Source: Phoronis australis (taxonomy: Eukaryota > Animalia > Phoronida). Taken from it: a stretch of DNA of 64,000 nucleotides. Made by a program: the position numbers and the translations under genes. How positions within the stretch are numbered: the first letter of the stretch is position 1; every line of letters starts with the position of its first letter. A model generated the notes under the pieces. That model saw only the letters and a list, made by a program, of their open reading frames with translations. It searched no databases and was not told the origin of the DNA. Shown here in pieces: positions 12,889-25,818 of the stretch. The DNA lies in contig NMRA01000102.1 of NCBI GenBank assembly GCA_002633005.1, positions 262,623 to 326,622 of the forward strand. The letters run 5' to 3'.

Positions 12889-14726
12889 AGGCGAAGGCAA
12901 CCTTTTTTCATGTCTTTTTTAGCAAAAATAAGGTTCAATGATTATCCCAGACACATTTTCCACTTAATTACAGCTTTTTGTAATTTTTATGCGCCACATA
13001 TTTATATGTGGACGCATTATGCCGTCATCTCCGTCCGTCCGTCCGGGCGCCGTCCGTCCGGCGTNCGGTGCAATTGTGGGCGCATTTCAACGCTCTGCTT
13101 TGCTCTTGTAATTAAAACTTGACAAAAATGTAATGCAAGCCTATCAATGTCAACACTTGTTAACAATTAATGATCTCTCAAAGTGTTGGATATTTTGCAA
13201 AGTAATAAGAATTTAGTATTGAATTTTTACGTTAAGGTTTTGTATTGCTTGTGATTCTATAAAACAGCCAACAAATTTAATTTCTTACGAAATCATTTGA
13301 GAAAATTGACTGACATGTCTCTGTGTTCAGCTAATAGCAAGCAATTCTTTATTACTGTGATCCAGTTTGGAGGTCTGGTGATAAGCAAGACCGGCCGAAA
13401 GGTGATAGCGACAAAACCAAATTTCTGTCGTGAACATTTTGAGACTGTGAATCATTTCTGCGTGAATCGTTTTCATGACTATCCCACAACGTAGCAGTCG
13501 TAATTTGTCAGCACAATGGTAGCAAAGAATTTGTAAAAAACACTGCGAAGTTTGAGCTCAGAGTTAGTTTGGATCTTTAACAACTTCGATTATGTTCATA
13601 CGTATAGCAGGTCAGACCTAGCAAAATCAAGGATACTTTTTCAATGAATATGTTCTCCCTTTTCATACTGCAAACTTAGCTACTTGAATGTACGTGTCGG
13701 TTAAGAACACTGATTCAACTTTCACATCGGCAACTAGCCTTGCGCTCTAGAGCCTTTCAATGGTGGTCGTGAAGAACAGTAATGCCGTATGTCCTTGGAA
13801 GAACTCAATTTTGGGACCTGAAATTTGTGAGTATTTAACGCCGCACGTAAGAACATAATCTAAACATTTTCTCGATGATTGTGGGTGCATTTCAACACTC
13901 TGCATTGCTCTTGTATTAATTATTCGTTATCTACTCCGAAAGTGACGTTTTGGGAGGCAAGGATTTCGCATCAATTTCGTTTTCCATAGTCTGACTATAT
14001 GAGCGATGTTGAGTCAATCATTTATTTACCTAGGTTGTCATAAGTTCAGTCGTCGTTTGTTTTTGTTGATGAGTCAGTCAACTTGCCACACTGTTGCTGC
14101 GTACCGGGATGTACTCATTATGGTCCAAAGCCTGTAAGCAGCCCTGTTGCGATGTTGAGTAGTGGGAGTGAATACAGGCCCCGTTCAAAACCCAGTGAAG
14201 AGGACAGTTCGTCGTGCAATGAACAGATTGGTGAACCAAACTTTGATAAGTTTATTGTGGACTAGTGTACTACAGTATTGGGGCTATTTAGAAGGTGCCA
14301 GGTTAGTGGTGAGGGAGTCACACGGCAGGGTGTAAACGGTTTGTGTGCTCAGGTCACTATCAGTGGGAGTGTGTCGCGGACAATCGGGCAAGTGGGACAG
14401 TTGTTCCTCTGTCCGTGAGATGATAATGAGTACATCCTGGTACGCAGCAACAGTGTGGCATGTTGACTGACTCGTAAACAAAATCACACGATGACCAAAC
14501 TTATCAAAACCGAGATAGAACAATGACTGACTCGGCAGCTCCCATAATCAGACTATACGAAAAGAAATAGGCGGGAAATTCTTGCCTCCCAAAACGTCAC
14601 ATCCGGAGTAGACATCGAATAATTAATTAAATTACGAAAAGCTGTAATTAAGTGGGAAATGTGTCTGGGATAACCAACGAACCTTATTTTTGCTAAAAAA
14701 GACATGAAAAAAGTTTGCCTTCGCCT
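12889..14726 (+). mobile_element. Second Kolobok-like element with long TIRs, interrupted by nested insertions
   Basis: TTAA flanks (12885-88, 14727-30); TIR aggcgaaggcaa..ttttttcatgtcttttttagcaaaaataaggttc. The TIR match resumes at about 13920-13968 vs 14575-14620 after an insertion. THAP-like start PHCCCVPGC at 14083. Confidence 0.8.
12984..13110 (+). mobile_element. HINE/Helentron-like element, both ends joined across an assembly N
   Basis: 5' end ttttatgcgccacatatttatatgtggacgcattatg + (gtcc)n, N at 13065, then 3' end gggcgcatttcaacgctctgc..gctcttgt; same family as 17846-24439. Confidence 0.7.
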
Positions 14727-15291
14727 TTAACTTTTTTTGGTTAATGAAGCTTTTATTCATGAATTAGGTGTGAAATTTTTGTGAATATTTTTGCTATGAA
14801 GAGGAATCTAAGCTGCCATGTCCATATGATGACAAGACAATGCATGTTTAGATGACCCCTATTGGTTTGATTGTCCAGATACCATTTGGCAGTTCGAGTG
14901 CGAATTGCTGACTAGCACATGCGCGCAACCAGGGGGGCTCGGGGGGTGAATAAACAATGCATATGCCCTGAACAAACCCCGTTTACAGTTCTTTTTTAGT
15001 CAAAAGGTCTGCAAACCCAAAAATTCGAGACCCCTGCATCCCTACAGTTTAGGTTGGGCGCGCGCATCTGCTGAAATTCTGATTATTCCTGTGCCCTGCC
15101 CCCCCTCCAACTCAAAATCCTGGATCCGCCCTTGTTGGCTGCAGGTCAAAGTTCAGGATCAGACTGACCTTCAGTACCTAAGTTTTATCCGCATATTAAC
15201 TAGTCTTCTTTTCCAAGTGTGGTTGTTCTACAAAGTAGTTGCGACCTGGTTTCATACAAAAGTAACATTACTCTGTTCTTTTCTTGTTCAG

Positions 15292-15391
15292 GATGTGTTT
15301 ATGCTCCTCGATTTACTTGGCACCAGTAATCCTACGTTTTTATCGTGGTTTGAAAATTCTCAGCACCTCTTTGACAGAATAACAAAAATAG
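15292..15391 (+). CDS. QPCT: Glutaminyl cyclase internal exon
   Basis: ttcag|GAT...ATAG|gtaggt, 100 nt, phase 0 to 1; DVFMLLDLLGTSNPTFLSWFENSQHLFDRITKI (LLDLxG motif). Confidence 0.93.
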
Positions 15392-15563
15392 GTAGGTAAG
15401 GACAAATTAACTTTAACGTGAACATTTGCTGCTTACATTAATCATTGGTATTTGTTTTAAAAAGAGGCTTGGGTCTGTTTCATGAAAAGTGACTTAAGAC
15501 TTACGGCGGCAGACATTTTGATCTTGCGCGGCACTCAGCTATTTGTGAGACTTATGGGCACAC

Positions 15564-16344
15564 TGTCACGTTTTTCCCCGTGTGTGGGTGGGCACAGGTT
15601 GTTACAGACCGGTGCTAATAGCTTTCGGTGCGAAGATTGACTGAAGACTGGTTCGAGTTAATCCTTTATTAATCCCGACCGTACATTCACAAGCCTACTC
15701 AAACAAAACATCCGACGTAATGTCTGTTTTATGCTCCAGCCAGTGCTGCGAAGCCTTGACTTGTGATGAACTTCTGAGACACGTTCAGCTACTGTTACAC
15801 TCGTAGGTTCAATAACCTGCTGTCTCTATAGCTGGCTCTCTATTGACTATCGCTGTAACTGCTGATTCTCTTCACTGCAACTCAACTGTAGTTCTCCTGA
15901 TAAACTTTCTTGAACTGGCTTGATGTCACTTGATCTCCCGACTTGATCTTCCGACTTGATCTTCTTGGACTCAACTGACTAACACAAACCCGTGCTTGTG
16001 TATTTATAGCCTAATGCATTGTTCTAGAGCTTTTCATCAATTCAAGCACATACCAGAACTTTCTGGAACCTACCCAATCATTCTACAAACATGTACCAGT
16101 CTCTAGAGTATTCCAGACTGCATTAATCACTGTCATGCTAGAGTCTTATAGAAAGTTCCACACTATACTGCAGTAAACAAATTACAATATCACTATTCTG
16201 ACCTCAGTCTTCTAGAAAGTTCCACACTATTTTGTAGTAAACATATTACATCATCACTGTACTTAACTCATGGGTCATGCCAATCAAACAGAATAACAAA
16301 ACAAAACAATGCAACTGAAAATACTGTCAGACTATATTCTGACA
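15564..16344 (-). mobile_element. Solo LTR of an LTR retrotransposon (781 bp)
   Basis: TGTCA...TGACA termini; 5-bp TSD cacac/cagac (1 mismatch) splitting a 48-bp repeat unit; minus-strand TATA (tttatag near 16003) and AATAAA (tttatt at 15665). Confidence 0.75.
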
Positions 16345-16573
16345 CAGACATTTGGTCTTACGCTGCACACAACTATTTGTGAAACTTACGGCCAGACATT
16401 TGGCCTTACGCTTCACACTGCTATTTGTGAGACTTACGTCCAGACATTTGGTCTTACGCTGCGCACAACTATTTGTGAGACTTACGGCCAGACATTTGGC
16501 CTTACGCTGCACACAACTATTTGTGAGACTTACGGCCAGACATTTGGTCTTACGCTGTACACTGCTATTTGTG
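16345..16573. repeat. 48-bp tandem repeat, about 4.8 copies (another unit at about 15510-15563)
   Basis: cagacatttggtcttacgctgcacacaactatttgtgagacttacggc. Confidence 0.92.
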
Positions 16574-17845
16574 AAAGGAATTAATTCTGACTTAAGGATA
16601 AGTGCAAACTTTCTGAGAATATACGCATAACAGATAGTTATTAAGATAATTTCTTTATATTATTATTTTCTAGACTGTATTGTGGTCATGATTACTCGAC
16701 TAAATCAGTAGTTGTAAAGTGGGGTTGCAAGAACATATTTCTGTCTTAAGTCACTTTAATGAAACAGTCTCCTGGGTTTTACCATGTTTTACTTTATTAT
16801 CAAGTATACATTTATTGCTGTGAATAATGACTGAGAGTCTTAACAAATTACAATACTTGTCTGGGTTCAAGCCTACTGAGAAGCTCAAGAATTGTGGGTA
16901 TGAAATACAGCCAGGCAATAGTCACTTTCAGGGGTCTCGGATTTTGAGAATAAGTTTGATGCCAGTTATTCAGTGGAGAAAACTGGTTCTCAAAATGCAA
17001 GTGACTATTACATCCAGCCGAGCTTGGCCATTTAAGAACAGAATTTTTTGAAAAGTCTGGATAGGCGTTTGCCCGAGCTACCAATTTGGGTTAACACTTA
17101 TGTATTAACAGATTATGTTGATCACTTCGCATGAGCTGAATATACACAATGTACTGTTATTAATGGAATTCCATGTATTTTTTGGGCCTTGCATATTATG
17201 GGCAGTTTTTAAGGAACTTAAAGTGTGTTTGAATGGTCAAACAGTGGTGTTTGTAAGTAAACGTTATGAAAATTTCAGGTTTACGTTCATCTGCTTGACT
17301 ACCATGGTATGATAAACATTCTTCAATATTGGCGGCCTTTAGAATTTGAGACACGGAAACTCCAACAAAAAATTTTCAGGATTCTGGAATTTAGGACAAG
17401 GGCAATTTTGGCATTTATCATATTTTTTAAATTTCGAGCAATGTGTTTTCAATCTACAGAGAGGGTATTGAATTTGGGCAAGCCAATTTTGTCCATTTCT
17501 AGAATTTGGGGTAAGCTCTGACCGCGAGGAAAACAATTAATTTCTCACTGTCCCAAGTTGGAGAATCTTTACTGTACATTAATAGTGTTATGGGTGTAAT
17601 GCAAAGGAAATGTTGCGTGAATGATACAAAGGAGGTGCTGCATGAATGATGCAAAGGAAGAAAGGGAGTGGATGGGGAAGAAAAAGGTAAATCAGATATG
17701 AGGATTTATGTGTCCCATGTTTGTGGTCTAGTCTTAAATGACAGCAATCTCACTGACCTTAGGCTAGAGTCCTTGTTTGTATTTTGCCTCTCAAGTCTCA
17801 ATCTGTTACATTTGTAGACCATAGCAATTTTTTTGAATGGTTGTA

Positions 17846-20800
17846 TTTTTACGCGCCCACATATTTGTATGTGGACGCATTATGCCGTCGTCTCCATCCG
17901 TACGGCATCTGGCGTCCTCTGCTCTATCTCCAAAACACCTTAACGTATGTTTATGAAATTTTACTCAATGTGTTCCTTCTGTGGATGGGACGGCATGAAA
18001 CCAGCTTTCCTACGGATCCGTCTACCAGTGTGCCCCCTAGTGGCAATTTTAGTTTTTTACGTTTAGCTCTGTATCTTCAAAAGTCTTGAACGGATTTTCA
18101 TAAAATTTGGTATATAGGCACCTATTAGGGAGATGACGATATCCTTCCGTTTTTGGATGGATTTGCCATAGTTTGCGCCACCTAGTGGCCATTTTTACTG
18201 TTTTCGATTCTGTTTCTTTGGGTCCACCCCTCTACCAACCAAACCGCTCAAAGGTTGATTGTGAAAATTGGCATGTATGTTCTTACTATAAAGTGGACGG
18301 CTGACGATGATTTTCTGACGACTTCGACTTCTGTGGCGCCTCCTAGTGGCATTTTTGTTTTTTTGCGCCTATGGCTATATCCCCTAAACCATTCGTAGGA
18401 TCTTTACTAAATTTAGTAAGTGTATTGATATGATGTTAACAACAAAGGACGACGACTTTCAGAGGGATCTGACTACTGGTGTGCCACCTATCGGCAATTT
18501 TTTTTTTTTTACGTTTACCTCTGTATGTTCCAAGGTCTTCAACGTATTTTCATAAATTTTGGCATACAGGAATCTGTTAATGAGATGACGCTATTTCTTC
18601 GTTTTCAGGTGGATTCAACCTAGTTTACGCCACCTAGTGGCCATTTTTACTATTTTTGAGTCTGTTTTTTGGCGTCCACTCGTCTATCAACCAAACGGCT
18701 TTCAGGATAATTGTGGAAATTTGAATGTATGTGTTTACTATGAAGTGGAAGGCTGACGACAATTTTCTGATGAGTTCAACTACTGTGGCGCTTCCTAGTG
18801 GCAGTCTTGTTGTTTTTGCGCTCATGGCTATAACTATTAAACTGTTTGCAGGATCTTTACTTAATTTAGCACGTGTAGTAATATAATGTTGACAATGAAC
18901 AACGACGACTTTCAGACGGATCTGACTTCTGGTGTGCCCCCTAGTAGCAATTTTAGTTTTTTATGTTTACCAGTTTGTATCGTCAAAGATCCTCAACAGA
19001 TTTTCATAAAATTTTGATTATAGGCATCTATTGGTGAGATGACACTATCATCCTGTGTGGATGGAATCGAGGTATTTTGCGCCACCTGGTGGCCATTTTT
19101 GCTGTTTTCAAATCTTGTTTTTGACGTCCACCCCTTGATCAACCAAATCATTCTAGGGATGGTTTTGAAAATTGGCGTACATGTTTTCAGTGTGAAGAGG
19201 ACGTTTGATGATGGTGACTGACTACTGAAGCGCCTGCTAGTGGTAGTTTTGTTTTTTGTTTTGTTTTGCGCCCACAGCTGTATCTTCAAAACCCACTACG
19301 GATCTTTATTAAATTTAGTATGTGAATTTATATGAAGATATCAGACGACAACTCCGGCGGATGGAATGGACGCTGTGCCCACAGGTGGCAATTTCATTTT
19401 GTTCTGTTTTCCTTTGTTTCTCTGAAGTTCCTTGACAGATTTTTATGAAATATGGCATGTTCCCGTTTTTGGATGGATTGTACTTTTTTGTGCCATCTAG
19501 TGGCCATTTTTATGATACAGATAACCCTAAAAGCACACCATTTGCGATACATTTGTGGGCGCATTTCAATGCTCCGCATTGCGCTTGTTGTTAGCAGGTA
19601 TTGTCAGTCAGCCATTGAGATGAACTGCTGTTTTTATTTAATGTTGCCAACTAATTTTTATGCACCCACATATTTATATGCAGGCGCATTATGCCGTCAT
19701 CCCTGTCCATTCGTCTGTCTGGCATCCACTGCTCTATCTTTAAAACCCTTTTACGTAATGTTCATGAAATTTCGCACATATGGTCCTTTCATGGACGGGA
19801 CGGCATGAGCGAGTTATGAGACAGATCCAACTATCTGTTCGCCCCCTAATGGTTATTTTAGTTTTTTACGTTTAGTCTATATCTTCAAAGGTCCACAACG
19901 GGTTTTCATAAAATTTGGCAAATATTTATCTTATAGTGAGATGACGCTACCTTTCCATTTTCGGATGGATTCAAGGTATTTTGCGCCACCCAGTGGCCTT
20001 TTTTTACTGTTTTTGAGTCTGTTTTTGGCACCCGCCCCTCTATGATTGTGAATATGTGTATATATGTTCCTACTGTGAAGAGGACGACTGATGATGATTT
20101 TCCAACGACTTCATGTACTGTGGCTCCTTCTAGTGGCAGTTTTGTTTTTTGCGCCCACAGCTGTATCTCCTAAACCCTCTGCAGGATCTTTATAAAACTT
20201 GGCATGTGTATTTATATGAAATTGACAACAGACGACAAGGACTTTTTGTCGGATCCGTAGAAAGCTTTGTCCCCTAGTGGCAATTTCATTTCTCATATTC
20301 CTCTCTTTCTTTGAAGGTCCGTGACCGATTTTTATGAAATTTGGTTATAAAATAGCTTTCTTTCAAAGAAACTGTAATGTGTCCCGTTTTTGTGTGGATG
20401 TGGCATGCCATATTTTGCCATGTAATGGCCATTTTTACTGTTTTCTAGTCTGTTTTTGGCATCCGCCTCTCTACCAACCAAACCTCTCTAAACATGATTT
20501 TTATGCGCCCACATATTTATATGTGGACGCATTATGCCGTCATCTCCGTCCGTCCGGGCGGCGTCCGTCCGGCGTCTGGCGTCCGCTGCTCTATCTCCAA
20601 AACCCTTTGACATACGTTCATGAAATTTGGCACATATGTTCCATTCATGAATGGGACGGCATGTGCGAACGTTCGGACGGATCCGACTACCGGTGTGCCC
20701 CCTAGTGGCAATTTTAGTTTTTTACGCTTACCTTTGTATCTTCAAAAGTCCTGAATGGATTTTCATGAAATTTGGTATGTAGGCACCTAGTAGTGAGATG

Positions 20801-23800
20801 ACGCTATCCGGCCGTTTTCAGATGGATTCGACATAGTTTGCGCCACCTAGTGGCCATTTTTAGTGTTTTCGAGTCTGTTTTTGTGCGTCCACCCCTCTAT
20901 CAACCAAACCGCTCAAAGGATGATTGTGAAAATTGGCATGTATATGCTTACTATGTAGAGGACGGTTGACGATGATTTTCCGACGATTTCGACTACTGTG
21001 GCGCCTCCTAGTGGCAGTTTTGTTTTTTTGCGCCTATGGCTGTATCTCCTAAACCGTTCGCAGGATCTTTACAAATTGTGTAAGTATATTTATATGATGT
21101 TAACAACGGAAGATGACGACTTTTGGTCGGATCCGACTACCGGTGTGCCCCCTAGTGGCAATTTTAGTTTTTTACGCTTACCTTTGTATCTTCAAAAGTA
21201 TTGAACGGATTTTCATGAAATTTGGTATATAGGCACCTATTAGTGAGATGACGCTATCCTACTGTTTTCAGATGGATTCAACGTAGTTTGCGCCACCTAG
21301 TGGCCATTTTTACTGTTTTCGAGTCTGTATTTTTGCGTCCACCCCTCTATCAACCAAACCGCTCAAAGGATGATTGTGAAAATTGGCGTGTATGTGCTTA
21401 CTATAAGGAAGACAGCTGACAATGATTTTCAGACGATTTGGACTACTGTGGCGCCTCCTAGTGGCAGTTTTGTTTTTTTGCGCCCATGGCTGTATCTCCC
21501 AAACCGTTTGCAGGATCTTTACTAAATTTAGCAAGTGTATTTATGTGATGTTGACAACGGACGATGACGACTTTAGGATGATTCTGATTACCGGTATGCC
21601 TCTAGTGGCAATTTTAGTATTTGCCTCTAGTGGCAATTTTAGTATTTTACATTGACCTCTGTATTTTCATAGGTCTTCAGGTGTATACTTTGTGTTACTT
21701 CGTGACTGTGAAGGAAAAGTTCCAAGTAGAAATTTGTTTCTGGCATTCTAATGCTGTGCTAATCTCGTATGTTGGTAAATTTGTTTTTAATTCTATGTTT
21801 CTGTGGTGCTTTAAGCAACTGGTGTATAGGATGTGCTTGTATTATGAAGATTACTCACATTTTGCCCCTAGCCTATTGAGGAGACAAGTACCATGCCTTT
21901 CCATTTTGCAAAGTACAACATACTACATATATGCCCTCTACTGGCCACTTTATGGTACCAATAAACAACCCTAGAAGGATACCGTATACGGTGCAATTGT
22001 GGGCGCATTTCAACGCTCTGCGTTGCTCTTGTTAAAATTGGCGTTAATGTTTCTACTCTGAAGAGGACAGCTGATGTTCAGACGACTCTGCTAGTGTGCC
22101 ACCTCCTTAGGCACAACTAAGTTGCAGTATTTTTGCGCCCATGGCTGTACCTCCAAAACCTTCGGCAGCAACTTTATTAAATTTGACGAGTGTATTTGTA
22201 TGAAGTTGACCATAGACAATGACGACATTTGGACGGATTCGACTGCCACTGTGCCCCGCTAATGGCAATTTTATACGCCCACATATTTGTATGTGGGTGT
22301 ATATTGCCGTCATCTCTGTCTGGGCGTCCGGTGTCCGTGGCTGTTGGCAGGTGTGTTCCTATGGAGTTGACGACAGGCTGGCGAGTTTCGGACCAATGCG
22401 AGTATTGCTGTGCCCCTAAGTGGCAATTTTTTTTACGTTTGCCTCTGTAGCCTCAAAGGTCCTCCACCGATTTTCATGAAATTTGGCACATAGGCATCTA
22501 TCCTCCGTTTTTGGATGGATTCGAGATATTTTGCGCCATCTAGTGGCCATTTTTACTATTTTGGAGTCTGTTTTTTTGACGTCTGCCCCTCTATCAACCA
22601 ATCTACTCTAAGAATGATTGTGAAAATTGGCATGTATGTTCTTACTTGGAATAGTACGGTTGATGGGGATTTTTCGACGACTTTGACTACTGTGGCACCT
22701 CCTAGTGGTAGTTTTGTTTATTTTTGCGTCCATGGCTATATCTCCTAACTGCTCTACAGGATCTTTATTAAATTTTGCAATTGTATTTATATTTACATGA
22801 AATTGACAATGGACGACAACAACTTTCAAACAGATCGAACTACCAGTATACCCCCTAGTGGCAATTTTAGTTTTTTTACCTCTGTAACTGCAAAGACCCT
22901 CAACGGATTTCCATAAAATTTGGTAGATAGTCATCCATTAGTGAGTTGATGCTAGCCATTCATTTTCAGATTGATTCGAGGTATTTTGCTCCACCTAGTG
23001 GCCATTTTTGTTGTTTTCGAGTCAGTTTTTTGGCGTCCGTCCCTCTGCCAACCAAACCACTCTAAGGATTATTGTGAAATTTGGCATGTATGAAGAGGAC
23101 GATTGACGACATTTTCCTGATGACTTAGACTACTGTGGCACCTGCTAGTGGCAGTTTTTTTTTGCGCCTATGCCTGTATCTCCTACGCCCTCTGCAGGAT
23201 CTTTATTAAATTTAGCATGTGTATTTATATGCAGATAACAACGGAAGATGTCGACTTTCAGATGGATCCGACGAACATTGTGCCTCCTAGTGGCAATTTC
23301 ATTTTTTTTCCCTTTTCCTCTGTTTCCTTGACGAATTTTCATGAAATTTGGTAAATAGCTTTCTTTTAAAAGAACATGACATTTTGCGGTTTTCAGACGG
23401 ATTCGAGGAATTTGTTGAAAACAGACGCCAGGATACGGATTTACTTGTGTTTTTGAATGAGAAAAGCCAAGTTTTTACCTACTTTTGATGCAAACCGGTG
23501 GCTGTCATTTGCTATCAACCTCTGTCGTCTGCCGTCCGGGTGCGTGAACAAGACTGCAGCCTATTTCTTACTGCTTTCTTCGCTACTCACATGAATGTTA
23601 TCGTGTTGTTCATAATTGCCGCCTTAATAGTCATGATTGTCGTCATCCTCCCCATCGTCTTCTTTTCGATTAATTTCGCCAAGTGTCACTCCTCCGAGCG
23701 CTCTCGTTTATGAAATTTGGAAAACAAATTTCTATTATGAGGACAACAGCAGTTTTCCTTTTTGTGATGGATTTGATGTATTCTGCACCAACTAGTGGCC

Positions 23801-24439
23801 ATTTTAATTATTTTTAGTCTGTTTTTTGTCTTTTGTTTCTGTAAGTGCCAAACTACTCAGAGGATCATTATGAAATTTGACAGATGTGTTCCTACTGACA
23901 AGAGCATGACTGACGTGGGTTTTCAAACAGGTCCAACCACTGTGGTGCCCACTAGTGACAATTTTTGCATCTGCGGATGTATCTCTTAAACCCCTTGCAT
24001 GATGTTTTTAATTTAAATTTTGCAGTTGTATTCCTATCCATCTGGTGTCAGTTTGTTTTTTCTTTACGTTTGCCTTTGTATCTTTGGAGTTCTTTGATAG
24101 ATTTTCATGAAATTTGACAAATAATTTTGAGAGACGTCACCTTCCCTTCCCATTTTTGGTTGCGTTCAATGTATTCAATGTCATCTAATGGCCATTCTTT
24201 ATGATACAAATAAACACCCCTAGAAGCAATACCATTTGCAATGCAGTCATAGGCAATGTCATCTAACGGCCATTCTTTATGATACAAATAAACACCCCTA
24301 GAAGCAATACCATTTGCAATGCAGTCATAGGCAATGTCATCTAACGGCCATTCTTTATGATACAAATAAACACCCCTAGAAGCAATACCATTTGCAATGC
24401 AGTCATAGGTGCAAGTCAACTCTGTGCGTTGCTCTTGTT
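17846..24439 (+). mobile_element. Cluster of tandem and nested Helentron-associated (HINE/DINE-1-like) elements with internal 450-bp satellite
   Basis: Repeated 5' ends ttttatgcgcccacatatttatatgtggacgcattatgccgtc(gtcc)n at about 17846, 19655, 20498, 22268; 3' ends gcgcatttcaa..gcgttgctcttgtt at about 19589, 22033, 24439; internal period 450 bp (20681 vs 21131) made of three roughly 150-bp subunits. Family assignment is by structural analogy. Confidence 0.7.
24175..24408. repeat. 78-bp tandem triplication
   Basis: caatgtcatctaa(c/t)ggccattctttatgatacaaataaacacccctagaagcaataccatttgcaatgcagtcatagg x3. Confidence 0.93.
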
Positions 24440-24471
24440 TGTAAACACAAGATTGTCGTGTTGTTTTACAG

Positions 24472-24591
24472 AGAAACGACTTGAAGACATAAATGCATTC
24501 GAAGGCCACACACAAAGCTATTTTTCAAAAACTAAAGGTTATGAATTCAGTGGTGGAATAGAAGACGACCACAAGCCTTTTGAAGAATATG
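24472..24591 (+). CDS. QPCT: Glutaminyl cyclase penultimate exon
   Basis: tacag|AG...TATG|gttagt, 120 nt, phase 1 to 1; EKRLEDINAF...GGIEDDHKPFEEY (EDDHxPF motif). Confidence 0.93.
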
Positions 24592-25569
24592 GTTAGTTCA
24601 TACTGGTCTTAATTTAATAGCCACTATTTAGAATGCTAACAACCTCTGTATGCTGTTGTATAATAGACGACCACAAGCCTTTTGAGGATTATGGTTGGTT
24701 CACACTGGTCTTAATATTCACTATTTAGAATGCTGGTGCCAACAACGTGTTTTATTTGTTTACACTGATGGGTGATTTTTATTCTGTCACATACGAACTT
24801 GGTATTTGAATTGATTAGTCATACAACATGAAGACTTGCCTACTGGTTCCAATTATCATTCCTACTTATACATGATGAAACCATCGACCGACTTCATTAA
24901 TTACCTCCATGACAAGTTTCATTGATGCTTACTGGATTTATTCCAGTTTTAAGTTTGCGATTTTGGTTTGACCTAATTACGGCTGTGTGAGTCGTTTATG
25001 AAAAAATAACCTCTCATGGGTGTCAAGTAATGACCGATGTTTTCTCTTCCAGATTGGAACGTGAGTAGAAATTAAGTGTAGTTGACATAGGACACACCTA
25101 ACCTAGTTTGTGTGATATAGAACATAGGTCATTCTTGGGGGTCATTTGTGATATATGTGGCAATGTTGCCATAAAACTTTTAACAAATGTTAGAACTTTT
25201 CATGAGAATATTTCATCAGAATATGTGTTTTCTTTGGGAGCACTCTGACAAGTGGTGGTGTAAACACAAGTGGTGCTGCCCCCTGGTGTTGCTCAGGCAA
25301 GTTACATGATAGAGGTTGGGGACATCAATTACAGTGTGTATTCTTCCGTTGTAGTCGACTGATTTTTGCTGTTCAAATTATGAAAAAGCTCAATTTTCAA
25401 TGGGGGATTTAATTTTTGTCGTCCACAGTGTCTAAAATGACCTGGGAAGAATGTTGCCACAAACAGGCAAGGCTATCACTGACCCCACATCTCTGTTCTA
25501 TAATCCCCAAACAAAACAAGTCAGTCATAAAAGTCCAGGTGCTGTTATAAGTACCTATTGTAATCCTAA

Positions 25570-25818
<249 letters not shown>

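Larger units (their letters stand above)
15472..16772. mobile_element. MITE-like element containing a 48-bp tandem array and a solo LTR
   Basis: Inverted ends ctgtttcatgaaaagtgacttaagac / gtcttaagtcactttaatgaaacag. Confidence 0.6.

Noticed and set aside
13065-13065. Very short HINE copy
   Set aside because: A single N joins its two ends, so the length is an assembly gap artefact (another N is at 38295)
16309-16630. Repetitive ORFs (QTFGLTLHTTICETYG)n
   Set aside because: Product of the 48-bp tandem repeat
17784-24515. Many 60-136 aa ORFs in the QPCT intron
   Set aside because: Chance frames in the HINE satellite and the 78-bp triplication; no protein family signal
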